A DNA stretch of 64,000 nt, taken from sequence record CP109674.1. The stretch is one strand, 5' to 3'. The notes under the pieces were generated by a model that was given only the letters and a program-made list of their open reading frames with translations, made no database searches and was not told the origin of the DNA. Positions 50,092-63,828 of the stretch are shown one piece after another. Numbering within the stretch: position 1 is the first letter of the stretch; each line of letters begins with the position of its first letter. The position numbers and the translations under genes are program-made. This stretch comes from a plasmid.

Positions 50092-50711
50092 GTGAATGAC
50101 AAGCAGATTTCTGTTCACTGGTCTGAGCTTCCGGCCGAAGAGTTAATCCGTTTCTGGCAGGACGTCGATGCCGGCACACAGGATAATTTTCTTACTGAGC
50201 CGGTCAAAAAGCGGACCCGCCGTAAGCGCGGTGAACACTCCACAAAAGCCAAATGTGAAAACCCGTCCTGGTTCCGTCCTGAGCATTATAAAAAGCTCTC
50301 CGGACAGCTCGGTCATGCCTACAATCGCCTGGTGAAAAAAGACAAAGAAACGGGGCAGGTCAGCCTGCGCATGCATGTTTCCCGTCACCCTCTCTATGTT
50401 GCCGGCCGCCGTAAAGCGGGACGTAAATATGGCTTCCGTCCGGAACGTCAGCGCCTGCTCGATGCGCTCTGGCCAGTGCTCATCAGCTTCTGTGATGCCG
50501 GCAAGCATACCGTTGGCATGTGTATCACCCGTCTTGCAAAAGAACTCAGTGCAAAGGACGCAAAAGGCAATGTCATTCCTGAAACGGAGGTGACGGTGTC
50601 ACGCCTTTCACGGCTTATTGAGGAACAGGTACGGTTTGGCGTTCTGGGCCTTGCGGAAGAACGCACCTGGGATCGTGAATCCCGCTCCTGGCTGCCAACG
50701 TATGTTTATAT
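50092..50711 (+). pseudogene. repA: IncFII-family replication initiator repA, 3'-truncated by transposon insertion
   Basis: It has the IncFII RepA-like architecture (RPERQRLLDALWPVLISFCD...ITRLAKELS...VTVSRLSRLIEE, compared with R100 RRRAIDALLQGLCFHYD...ITTLAIECG...LSITRATRALTFL). The ORF runs directly into a Tn21-type inverted repeat at 50712 after about 207 codons. No copB is found upstream. Confidence 0.6.
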
Positions 50712-50735
50712 GGGGTCCGCTTGGAAAACGGAATC
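50712..50735 (+). repeat. Outer 24 bp of a Tn21-subfamily 38-bp terminal inverted repeat (IR-L): GGGGTCCGCTTGGAAAACGGAATC
   Basis: Matches Tn21 IR blocks GGGG..C.......AAAACGGAA. The remaining 14 bp (TATCCTACGCTAAG, compare Tn21 ...GCACGCTAAG) lie on the other side of the IS at 52062..52076. Confidence 0.6.
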
Positions 50736-52061
50736 TATGGTCACTCCCGTTTTTGCAACACCGATTTTGACGACAAGTTGGCTTGCTTGAATCTATCCGG
50801 CGTCTGAATGGGATTTTATTCCCGCGCCTTGATGAGTTCCGCGCCTGATGAACCTCCAGAAAATATACGGCTTCAATGAGCCTTTCCGTTTTACAGGTTC
50901 CTCAACAGGCCGGTGGGCCGTTAGTATCATCAATATCAGTATTCGCAAAACCAGATCAGTAATTCTTTAAACCGGTGTATTTCTGCCGTTATGCTACATA
51001 AGTTTGCTGTCGTGCCGTTAGGGCCCAGGCTATTCTGGCCAGCTTGTTTGCCAGAGCACAAGTGACGACAAAGTTGCTTTTCCGGCACAGTAAATCCCTG
51101 ACCCAATCGGCCAATTTGCCAGACTGGTGTTCCAGTTTTTGTATGAATACCCTGGCACATTGAACCAACAAAGTTCGGATCTTTTTATTACCTCGCTTAC
51201 TAATTCCCAGCAATGTCGTCCTACCTCCCGTGCTGTACTGCCGAGGTACAAGCCCTGTTGCCGCCGCAAAGTCACGGCTGCTGGCGTACTGCTTCCCGTC
51301 GCCAATCTCAGTTGAAATAGTACTCGCTGTCAGTGTTCCGACGCAGGGAATGCTCAGCAAGCGCTGTCCAACCTCATCTTCGTCCAACTTTCGTTTCAAC
51401 TGGGATTCCAAATCTTTAATCTGCTCAACAAGATAGTGATAATGCTGTTGTAATTTCAGCAATAACTGGCTGAGGTAAAGAGGCAAACTATTGTCCTCAA
51501 GAATGGTACTCAGTCGGCTAATAACGGCAGCTCCTCGGGGAACGCTAATGCCAAATTCCAGCAGAAAAGCATGCATTTGATTGGTTGTTTTTACCTTATC
51601 CTGAACCAGGGATTCACGGACACGATGCAGAGCCCGCATTGCCTGCTGAGATTCCGTTCTGGGCTGCACAAAACGCATAGACGGACGCGATGCAGCTTCA
51701 CAAATAGCTTCGGCGTCGACAAAGTCGTTTTTATTGCTTTTAACGAACGGGCGGACAAATTGTGGTGATATCAGCTTTGGGGAATGCCCCAACTCTTCCA
51801 ACTTGCGTGCCATAAAGTGAGAACCGCCACAGGCTTCCATTGCGATGGTTGTAGCGGGGCATGTCGCCAAAAATTCGATCAACTTTGGCCGGGTAAATTT
51901 TTTACGGTAAACAGCCTTCCCGCGACGATCCTGGCAATGAATATGGAAAGAGTTTTTACCCAGATCGATACCAATGAGCGCAATGTTTTCCATGATAGTT
52001 CTCCGAATGAAAGCCTGTCCTCAGCATAGTACCGGGAAGGAGGGAGTGACCATCTCATTAA
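50736..52061 (-). mobile_element. IS110-family insertion sequence (IS5075/IS4321-like, 1326 bp) inserted inside the transposon IR; copy 1
   Basis: Identical to the inverted copy at 60727..62052. Ends are TATGGTCACTCCC... and ...GGGAGTGACCATCTCATTAA. It splits the 38-bp IR 24/14, the known target behaviour of IS4321/IS5075. Confidence 0.8.
50989..51993 (-). CDS. IS110-family transposase (DEDD)
   Basis: 334-aa ORF starting MENIALIGIDLGKNSFHIHCQD. The protein encoded at 60795..61799 is identical. Confidence 0.9.
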   Translation of the reverse strand: MENIALIGIDLGKNSFHIHCQDRRGKAVYRKKFTRPKLIEFLATCPATTIAMEACGGSHFMARKLEELGHSPKLISPQFVRPFVKSNKNDFVDAEAICEAASRPSMRFVQPRTESQQAMRALHRVRESLVQDKVKTTNQMHAFLLEFGISVPRGAAVISRLSTILEDNSLPLYLSQLLLKLQQHYHYLVEQIKDLESQLKRKLDEDEVGQRLLSIPCVGTLTASTISTEIGDGKQYASSRDFAAATGLVPRQYSTGGRTTLLGISKRGNKKIRTLLVQCARVFIQKLEHQSGKLADWVRDLLCRKSNFVVTCALANKLARIAWALTARQQTYVA

Positions 52062-52169
52062 TTATCCTACGCTAAGCCTGTTTTTTGTACATATTACTAT
52101 TCACTGAGCGTAATGCGCGGTATTTACCCTGTCCCAGTTTGAGGTTCGTTCTCCAGACGTAATCCCCGC

Positions 52170-52473
52170 TCAGGTTGATATGTTCCCATCCCAGTGGTGA
52201 CAGATGGTAATCAGTTGCTCATTAATCGGGATCCCTTTTCGTCTCAAAGAATCTATCGCTCTTTCTATATATACCGTATTCCACAGTGAGATCGCCGCAG
52301 TCAGCAACGTCAGACCGCTGGCTCGATAGCTCTGATTCTCCAGCCCCCGATCTCTGATTTCACCCAGCCGATGCATAAAGACCGCTCGCGCAAGGGCATT
52401 GCGAGCCTCACCTTTATTCAGCCCCGCCTGTATTTTAACGAGGAATATACATGCGACGTAATGCACAAAAATG
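52170..52473 (-). pseudogene. tnpA: Tn3-family transposase TnpA, C-terminal about 100 codons only (5' part removed at the IS1 boundary)
   Basis: The ORF 52170..52487 product (...[39 protein letters not shown]...) matches the conserved C-terminus of Tn3/Tn21 TnpA. It ends next to the inner part of IR-L and begins abruptly at the IS1 end (52474). Confidence 0.7.
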
Positions 52474-52528
52474 GGTGATGCTGCCAACTTACTGATTTAG
52501 TGTATGATGGTGTTTTTGAGGTGCTCCA

Positions 52529-52804
52529 GTGGCTTCTGTTTCTATCAGCTGTCCCTCCTGTTCAGCTACTGACGGGGTGGTGCGTAACGGCAAAAGCACT
52601 GCCGGACATCAGCGCTATCTCTGCTCTCACTGCCGTAAAACATGGCAACTGCAGTTCACTTACACCGCTTCTCAACCCGGTACGCACCAGAAAATCATTG
52701 ATATGGCCATGAATGGTGTTGGATGCCGGGCAACCGCCCGCATTATGGGCGTTGGCCTCAACACGATTTTACGTCACTTAAAAAACTCAGGCCGCAGTCG
52801 GTAA
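52529..52804 (+). CDS. insA: IS1 InsA
   Basis: 91 aa starting [30 protein letters not shown]. This is canonical InsA. Confidence 0.85.
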
Positions 52805-53155
52805 CCTCGCGCATACAGCCGGGCAGTGACGTCATCGTCTGCGCGGAAATGGACGAACAGTGGGGCTATGTCGGGGCTAAATCGCGCCAGCGCTGGCTGT
52901 TTTACGCGTATGACAGGCTCCGGAAGACGGTTTGCGCACGTATTCGGTGAACGCACTATGGCGACGCTGGGGCGTCTTATGAGCCTGCTGTCACCCTTTG
53001 ACGTGGTGATATGGATGACGGATGGCTGGCCGCTGTATGAATCCCGCCTGAAGGGAAAGCTGCACGTAATCAGCAAGCGATATACGCAGCGAATTGAGCG
53101 GCATAACCTGAATCTGAGGCAGCACCTGGCACGGCTGGGACGGAAGTCGCTGTAG
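52723..53155 (+). pseudogene. insB: IS1 insB disrupted (2-bp deletion near 52935 and a TCG>TAG change creating a stop at about 53153)
   Basis: The InsB sequence is split between two frames (…[16 protein letters not shown] then [20 protein letters not shown]…RKSL*) and compared with the remembered IS1 sequence (GGTTGTTGCGCAC, TCGCTGTCGTTCTC). Confidence 0.6.
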
Positions 53156-53241
53156 CTCTCAAAATCGGTGGAGCTGCATGACAAAGTCATCGGGCATTAT
53201 CTGAACATAAAACACTATCAATAAGTTGGAGTCATTACCCT

Positions 53242-53379
53242 TTTTTCAACTTCTGATGGATGCGAGTGATTGAACTCATACATTAATGTTTTCCCACGAA
53301 GTCTTTTTTCAGGTAAGCCTTCGCACATATCGGTAAATAGCTTGCCTGCTTTTATTTTTTCTGTCATCGACATGTTCAT
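53242..53379 (-). pseudogene. lacA: lacA (galactoside O-acetyltransferase), first about 46 codons only, truncated by IS1
   Basis: The reverse complement reads ATGAACATGTCGATGACAGAAAAAATAAAAGCAGGCAAGCTATTTACCGATATGTGCGAAGGCTTACC..., which is the LacA N-terminus (MNM.MTE.I.AGKLFTDMCEGLPEKRLRGKTLMYEFNHSHPSEVEKR). Confidence 0.7.
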
Positions 53380-53444
53380 TTTTAACATTCCGTCCTGATA
53401 AGTTGGTCGGATAAGGCGCTCGCGCCGTATCCGACATTAATTTC

Positions 53445-54743
<1,299 letters not shown>

Positions 54744-54749
54744 TTATTA

Positions 54750-57861
<3,112 letters not shown>

Positions 57862-57945
57862 TCGCATAACATACGAGCCGGACACATAGAGTGTAAAGCC
57901 TGGGGTGCCTAATGAGTGAGCTGACTCACATTAATTGCGTTGCGC

Positions 57946-59028
57946 TCACTGCCCGCTTTCAAGTCGGGAAACTTGTCGTGCCAGCTGCATTAAGGAATCT
58001 GCCAACGTGCGGGGAGAGGTGGTTTGCGTATTGGGCGGTAGGGTGGTTTTTCTTTTCACCAGTGAGACGGGCAACAGCTGATTGCTCTTCACCGCCTGGC
58101 CCTGAGAGAGTTTCAGCAAGCGGTCCACGCTAGTTTTCCCCAGCAGGCGAAAATCCTGTTTGATGGTGGTTAACGGCGGGATATAACACGAGCTGTCTTC
58201 GGTATCGTCGTATCCCACTACCGAGATATCCGCACCAACGCGCAGCCCGGACTCGGTAATAGCGCGCATTGCGCCCAGCGCCATCTGATCGTTGGCAACC
58301 AGCATCGCAGTGGGAACGATGCCCTCATTCAGCATTTGCATAGTTTGTTGAAAACCGGACATGGCACTCCAGTCGCCTTCCCGTTCCGCTATCGGATGAA
58401 TTTGATTGCGTGTGAGATATTTATGCCAGTCCGCCAGACGCAGACGCGCCGAGACAGAACTTAATGGACCGGCTAACAACGCGATTTGCTGGTGACCCAA
58501 TGCGATCAGATGCTCCACGCCCAGTCGCGTACCGTCTTCATGGGAAAAAATAATACTGTTGATGGGAGTCTGGTCAGAGACATCAAGAAATAGGGCCGGA
58601 ACATTAGCGCAGGCAGCTTCCACAGCAATGGCATCCTCGTCATCCAGCGGATAGTTAATGATCAGACCACTGACGCGTTGCGCGAGAAGGTTATGTACCG
58701 CCGCTTTACAGGCTTCGACGCTGCTTCGTTCTACCATCGACACCACCACGCTGGCACCCAGTTGATCGGCGCGAGATTTAATCGCCGCGACAATTTGCGA
58801 CGGCGCGTGCAGGGCCAGACTGGAGGTAGCAACGCCAATCAGCAACGACTGTTTGCCCGCCAGTTGTTGTGCCACGCGGTTGGGAATGTAGTTCAGCTGC
58901 GCCATCGCCGCTTCCACCTTTTCCCGCGTTTTCGCAGAGACGTGGCTGGCCTTGTTCACCACGCGGGAAACGGTCTGATAAGAGACACCGGCATACTCTG
59001 CGACATCGTATAGCGTTACTGGTTTCAC
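57946..59028 (-). CDS. lacI: Lactose operon repressor LacI (GTG start)
   Basis: The ORF track extends to 59124, but the canonical start VKPVTLYDVAEYAGVSYQTVSRV is the GTG at 59028, giving 360 aa. The lacI promoter lies at about 59030..59110. Confidence 0.9.
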   Translation of the reverse strand: MKPVTLYDVAEYAGVSYQTVSRVVNKASHVSAKTREKVEAAMAQLNYIPNRVAQQLAGKQSLLIGVATSSLALHAPSQIVAAIKSRADQLGASVVVSMVERSSVEACKAAVHNLLAQRVSGLIINYPLDDEDAIAVEAACANVPALFLDVSDQTPINSIIFSHEDGTRLGVEHLIALGHQQIALLAGPLSSVSARLRLADWHKYLTRNQIHPIAEREGDWSAMSGFQQTMQMLNEGIVPTAMLVANDQMALGAMRAITESGLRVGADISVVGYDDTEDSSCYIPPLTTIKQDFRLLGKTSVDRLLKLSQGQAVKSNQLLPVSLVKRKTTLPPNTQTTSPRTLADSLMQLARQVSRLESGQ

Positions 59029-59380
59029 ATTTACCACCCTGAATTGACTCTCTTCGGGTGCTATCATGCCATACCACGAAATGTTTTGCGCCATTCGGAG
59101 GGGGCACGCCGAAGTGAGATTCAAAATGCCGACGTCAGTTCACAGGTGGGTAATGATACCAACGTGTTGATTTCGTATTTTCACTGACACCAGGATCATC
59201 CTGATGTTACAAGGATTGAATGACTACAGATTAAAATAGTCATCAACAGGTTGACAGCATTACCCAGCGCCCGCTTTCCGCGTATTTTTCGATTTGCACT
59301 GCCGGGGGCACTGGCGGGTATCGCGTTCCGCACACTTTTACATTTATTTATCTGGTGACTGACCTTTTTAAGGAGACAGA

Positions 59381-60391
59381 ATGAAAGCCGTTGGTTTCTG
59401 GCAACCCGGGGAAAGTACATCCGTTATTGAAGATTTGTCGCTTCCCCACCCATCCATGCCCAAGGGGCGTGATCTTTTGATCAGAGTCAGGGCGGTCGCG
59501 GTTAACCCACGGGACCTGAAAAGCCGGCGAAACATCAGTCCCTCTGCAGGCAATCCGGTAGTTATGGGATACGACGCTTCCGGTGTTGTTGAAGCAACCG
59601 GACCAGATGTGACGCTGTTCAGGCCAGGTGACCACGTTTTCTATGCCGGTGTGCTCGATCGCCAGGGAGCCAACGCAGAGTTTCAGCTGGTTGACGAACG
59701 CATTACGGGGATAAAGCCGGCAGCACTAAGTTTTGAAGCTGCAGCGTCGGTTCCTCTGACCGGTCTGACAGCCTGGTAAATGTTATTTGATCGTCTGCAG
59801 TTGTCAGTGAACGGAGATGCTGATCAGACCCTGTTGATGCTTGGCGGTGCGGGCGGAGTCCCTTGTATGGCTATACAGCTTGCCCGCACTCTGAGTCGGG
59901 TGAACATCATCGGGACTGCCTCCCGGCAGGAGAGTGTCAGAGCGGTTCGCGGGTTTGGTGCGCATTATGTCCTGGATCATTCATGTGCGCTTGCGCCACA
60001 GGTTGCCAGCCTTGCTGGACTCCCTCCCATTACCCGGATTTTCTCAACGTACACCACGCCATCTGCCTGGGAAAATATGGCCGAAATTATTGCCCCACAA
60101 GGCCGTATCGGACTCATCGACGACCCTGAACCACTGGATCTGCGTTTGATCAAATTTAAGAGCGTTTCTGTTCACTGGGAGGCAATGTTTACCCGCCCCA
60201 TGCATGCTACTGCGGACATGTCTAAACAGCATGATATTCTTAACAAACTCTCATGCATGCTGGATTCCGGTAAGCTCAAACCTCCGTTGCTGGCAGAGTA
60301 TGGCAGGCTGAATGCTAAAGCACTTCGCCGGGCTCATGAGGACATGGAAAATAAAAATGTGAACGGGAAAATTGTTTTTTCAGGGTTCTGA
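59381..60391 (+). pseudogene. Zinc-binding dehydrogenase / quinone oxidoreductase (MDR family) inactivated by a single in-frame nonsense codon (TAA at 59777..59779)
   Basis: ORFs 59381..59779 and 59780..60391 are in the same frame and contiguous (...PLTGLTAW * MLFDRLQLS...). MDR-family proteins conserve LTAWEALFD here, so a GAA>TAA change is implied. Confidence 0.7.
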
Positions 60392-60591
60392 TGAACAGGC
60401 CTGTCAGAGTAAAAAAAGATTCGGGTTCAGCACAATGCTGAATTCTGTCTGGCTATAGAGTAAGAATCGTACCGGAATTGAGCATTTACCCTCAGTACCT
60501 GCGGATGAAAAAGCAGTCTGCCCTGACATACTGAACAATCCCTTCTCATAAGATGCCTCTCTTTTGCTGTTTAAAGAGCTGAGCAGTCCGG

Positions 60592-60629
60592 GCGGAGACT
60601 GACCTCGTTCCGCTTTCCAAGCGACCCCC
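60592..60629 (-). repeat. Additional Tn3-family-type 38-bp inverted repeat (reverse complement GGGGGTCGCTTGGAAAGCGGAACGAGGTCAGTCTCCGC), same orientation as IR-R
   Basis: Shares the GGGG.TC.GCTTGGAAA.CGGAA blocks with IR-L and IR-R. It lies 98 bp inside the IS-interrupted IR-R. Confidence 0.5.
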
Positions 60630-60726
60630 TTGTTGAAAGTGCGACAAAAGAGATAGGGCGAATGACTATACTTCGCTCATAGCTGCCCGTCATGCCAGCT
60701 CAAAAAACAGGCTTAACGTAGGATAT

Positions 60727-62052
60727 TTAATGAGATGGTCACTCCCTCCTTCCCGGTACTATGCTGAGGACAGGCTTTCATTCGGAGAACTATCATGGAA
60801 AACATTGCGCTCATTGGTATCGATCTGGGTAAAAACTCTTTCCATATTCATTGCCAGGATCGTCGCGGGAAGGCTGTTTACCGTAAAAAATTTACCCGGC
60901 CAAAGTTGATCGAATTTTTGGCGACATGCCCCGCTACAACCATCGCAATGGAAGCCTGTGGCGGTTCTCACTTTATGGCACGCAAGTTGGAAGAGTTGGG
61001 GCATTCCCCAAAGCTGATATCACCACAATTTGTCCGCCCGTTCGTTAAAAGCAATAAAAACGACTTTGTCGACGCCGAAGCTATTTGTGAAGCTGCATCG
61101 CGTCCGTCTATGCGTTTTGTGCAGCCCAGAACGGAATCTCAGCAGGCAATGCGGGCTCTGCATCGTGTCCGTGAATCCCTGGTTCAGGATAAGGTAAAAA
61201 CAACCAATCAAATGCATGCTTTTCTGCTGGAATTTGGCATTAGCGTTCCCCGAGGAGCTGCCGTTATTAGCCGACTGAGTACCATTCTTGAGGACAATAG
61301 TTTGCCTCTTTACCTCAGCCAGTTATTGCTGAAATTACAACAGCATTATCACTATCTTGTTGAGCAGATTAAAGATTTGGAATCCCAGTTGAAACGAAAG
61401 TTGGACGAAGATGAGGTTGGACAGCGCTTGCTGAGCATTCCCTGCGTCGGAACACTGACAGCGAGTACTATTTCAACTGAGATTGGCGACGGGAAGCAGT
61501 ACGCCAGCAGCCGTGACTTTGCGGCGGCAACAGGGCTTGTACCTCGGCAGTACAGCACGGGAGGTAGGACGACATTGCTGGGAATTAGTAAGCGAGGTAA
61601 TAAAAAGATCCGAACTTTGTTGGTTCAATGTGCCAGGGTATTCATACAAAAACTGGAACACCAGTCTGGCAAATTGGCCGATTGGGTCAGGGATTTACTG
61701 TGCCGGAAAAGCAACTTTGTCGTCACTTGTGCTCTGGCAAACAAGCTGGCCAGAATAGCCTGGGCCCTAACGGCACGACAGCAAACTTATGTAGCATAAC
61801 GGCAGAAATACACCGGTTTAAAGAATTACTGATCTGGTTTTGCGAATACTGATATTGATGATACTAACGGCCCACCGGCCTGTTGAGGAACCTGTAAAAC
61901 GGAAAGGCTCATTGAAGCCGTATATTTTCTGGAGGTTCATCAGGCGCGGAACTCATCAAGGCGCGGGAATAAAATCCCATTCAGACGCCGGATAGATTCA
62001 AGCAAGCCAACTTGTCGTCAAAATCGGTGTTGCAAAAACGGGAGTGACCATA
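60727..62052 (+). mobile_element. IS110-family IS (IS5075/IS4321-like), copy 2, inverted relative to copy 1, inserted in the right-hand Tn21-type IR
   Basis: Identical transposase (60795..61799). It is flanked on the inside by the inner IR part ...CTTAACGTAGGATA (60713..60726) and on the outside by the outer IR part GATCCGTTTTCCAAGCGGCCCCC (62053..62075, reverse complement GGGGGCCGCTTGGAAAACGGATC). Confidence 0.8.
60795..61799 (+). CDS. IS110-family transposase (identical to 50989..51993)
   Basis: 334-aa ORF. Confidence 0.9.
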   Translation: MENIALIGIDLGKNSFHIHCQDRRGKAVYRKKFTRPKLIEFLATCPATTIAMEACGGSHFMARKLEELGHSPKLISPQFVRPFVKSNKNDFVDAEAICEAASRPSMRFVQPRTESQQAMRALHRVRESLVQDKVKTTNQMHAFLLEFGISVPRGAAVISRLSTILEDNSLPLYLSQLLLKLQQHYHYLVEQIKDLESQLKRKLDEDEVGQRLLSIPCVGTLTASTISTEIGDGKQYASSRDFAAATGLVPRQYSTGGRTTLLGISKRGNKKIRTLLVQCARVFIQKLEHQSGKLADWVRDLLCRKSNFVVTCALANKLARIAWALTARQQTYVA

Positions 62053-62075
62053 GATCCGTTTTCCAAGCGGCCCCC
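62053..62075 (-). repeat. Outer part of right-hand Tn21-subfamily IR (IR-R)
   Basis: See the IS copy 2 entry. GGGG is at 62072..62075, reading leftward. Confidence 0.6.
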
Positions 62076-62338
62076 ATATTGAATGGCTGACGGTACTGGA
62101 TTTCGATGAGATAAAAATAGACCGTATTTTTATTGCCAATATTGATGACCCGGTGAAGCGAGCGCTACTTGTTTCTGTGGTGAAAGGGTTACGTGGTACT
62201 GGCAAACCACTGATGTTTGAAGGGGTGGAAACGCCAGGACAGTTTGAATTCGTCCGTTCTCTTGGCCCCGGTTACCTAGTTCAGGGCTGGTATACCGGAA
62301 AACCCGAAACAATATCTGCGATGAATATTCAGGGTTAA
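62076..62338 (+). pseudogene. 3' fragment of an EAL-domain (c-di-GMP phosphodiesterase) gene
   Basis: The fragment encodes ...KPLMFEGVETPGQFEFVRSLGPGYLVQGWYTGKPE, the conserved C-terminal EAL motifs (EGVET, QG[YW]). No upstream part is present. It begins at the transposon IR. Confidence 0.5.
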
Positions 62339-63050
62339 AACGATACGGGGCCCGGCCCGTATCGGCAACCCGACCCGTCAGCGTATCGCTTTCTGTCTGA
62401 AGCCGGTTCAGGTCGGCTTCTATCTGCGCGATGCGGCGGGAGATTTATTCAGAACGACTGCCGAAGTTCATCCGGCGAAGCTTATCCAGCTGCGCCTGCA
62501 GATGGTCTATTTCGCGCTCCCGGTCGGCCTGCTTTTCCAGCAGGGCGCGGTTCAGCGCTTCCTGTTCGGACAGGCGCTGTTTCAGCAGAAGGATGTCGTC
62601 AGGGGGAGGTGTTGTTCATAAGCCCGCATTTTACCAGGCTTATTCAACGACAACCAGGATAAAGAGGCCTACAACATGGTCAGGGACGTAAGCAGTCTTT
62701 TAGGCTGCCGCCAGTCGATGCCTTCCAGAAGCATTGCCAGCTGCGCTGGGGTCAGGAACACTTTGCCATCGCGGGCAGAGGGCCAGGCGAAGCGGCCGCG
62801 TTCCAGCCGTTTGGTCAGCAGGCACAGCCCGTCGCCGGTGGACCACAGCAGTTTGACCTTACTGCCGCTGCGGCCCCGGAAGATGAAGACATGGCCGGAC
62901 ATCGGGTCATCTTTCAGCATCGTCTGCACCTTTGCGGCGAGACCATTGAAGCCGTTGCGCATGTCGGTGATACCGGCAACCAGCCAGATTTTGGTGCCTG
63001 TTGGCAGGTGGTTATCACTTCCTTTATCTGTCCTGTGATGATCCTTATGA
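62339..63050 (-). mobile_element. IS66-family remnant: tnpB (ORF2) about 62669..63020 with no evident start, tnpC reduced to about 95 codons with a frameshift and a nonsense codon (62339..62625), tnpA and most of tnpC absent
   Basis: The reverse complement of 62445..62625 encodes MNNTSP(frameshift)DDILLLKQRLSEQEALNRALLEKQADREREIDHLQAQLDKLRRMNFGSRSE(stop)ISRRIAQIEADLNRLQTESDTLTGRV. ORF 62669..63217 contains ...LPTGTKIWLVAGITDMRNGFNGLAAKVQ...RLERGRFAWP...LTPAQLAMLLEGIDWRQP, which is IS66 TnpB. Confidence 0.6.
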
Positions 63051-63060
63051 CTTCGCCAGA

Positions 63061-63828
63061 CTACTTCACCACACACATGGGTCTGCCAGATACCGGTTCG
63101 GGATGGATTTCCGCTTCTACGCTGAACACCGTCTTTAGAAGCTCTGGTTTCATCACTGCTTCCGGAGCACCTTGCGCCATCACGCGACCGCTTGCCAGTA
63201 CCACCAGATGATCGCAATAGCGGCTGGCCTGATTCAGATCGTGGAGTACCGTCACTACGGTTTTCCCCTGCCTTTTGAGTTCAACCATCAGGCGCATCAG
63301 TTCAACCTGATGATTGATATCGAGGTAGGTCGTAGGCTCATCAAGAAGAATGAGTGGGGTATCCTGTGCCAGCACCATCGCCAGAAACGCACGCTGGCGC
63401 TGGCCGCCGGAAAGCTGGGTTAACCTGCGGTCAGCCAGATTGCGCGTCCGGGTCTGACTCATTGCCACGTTGACCCGCTCGTTGTCTTCCGCGGAGAGTC
63501 GCCCCCACAACGACAGCCACGGGCTGCGGCCGTAGGAAACCAGTTCCCGTACAGTGATCCCCTCGGGGGATAAATGGTGTTGCGGCAGTAAAGCCAGGCG
63601 GCGAGCCAGCTGGCGGGCGGAAAAACCGGCTATGGGTTTTTCATCAAGCAATATCTCGCCAGAGTCTGGTGTTAACAGGCGAGAAAAACAGTTCAACAGC
63701 GTCGATTTCCCGCAACCGTTAGGGCCGAGCAGGGCCGTGATTTTTCCGGCAGGCAGGGCGAGAGAAAGTCCATCCAGCACGGTTTGTGCGCCATAGCTGA
63801 CGGTCAGATTTTCAGTACGTAATCTCAT
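63061..63828 (-). CDS. fecE: Ferric dicitrate ABC transporter ATP-binding protein
   Basis: 255-aa ORF with Walker A GPNGCGKST, signature LSGGQRQR and Walker B LILLDEPT. The C-terminus ...VFSVEAEIHPEPVSGRPMC matches FecE. Confidence 0.85.
   Translation of the reverse strand: MRLRTENLTVSYGAQTVLDGLSLALPAGKITALLGPNGCGKSTLLNCFSRLLTPDSGEILLDEKPIAGFSARQLARRLALLPQHHLSPEGITVRELVSYGRSPWLSLWGRLSAEDNERVNVAMSQTRTRNLADRRLTQLSGGQRQRAFLAMVLAQDTPLILLDEPTTYLDINHQVELMRLMVELKRQGKTVVTVLHDLNQASRYCDHLVVLASGRVMAQGAPEAVMKPELLKTVFSVEAEIHPEPVSGRPMCVVK

Larger units (their letters stand above)
52474..53239 (+). mobile_element. IS1 (degenerate copy: insB frame-shifted and with a premature stop), no target-site duplication
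   Basis: Terminal repeats GGTGATGCTGCCAACTTACTGAT (52474) and the complement of GGTAATGACTCCAACTTAT (53221..53239). The 9-bp flanks differ (ACAAAAATG and CTTTTTTCA). Confidence 0.85.

Noticed and set aside
50736-50790. Apparent C-terminus of RepA (…MGSAWKTESMVTPVFATPILTTSWLA)
   Set aside because: These codons are the IR and IS sequence read in the repA frame, not authentic RepA.
63021-63217. N-terminal 65 codons of ORF 62669..63217
   Set aside because: This is read-through from IS66 tnpB into the antisense of fecE's 3' end. Not a real fusion protein.
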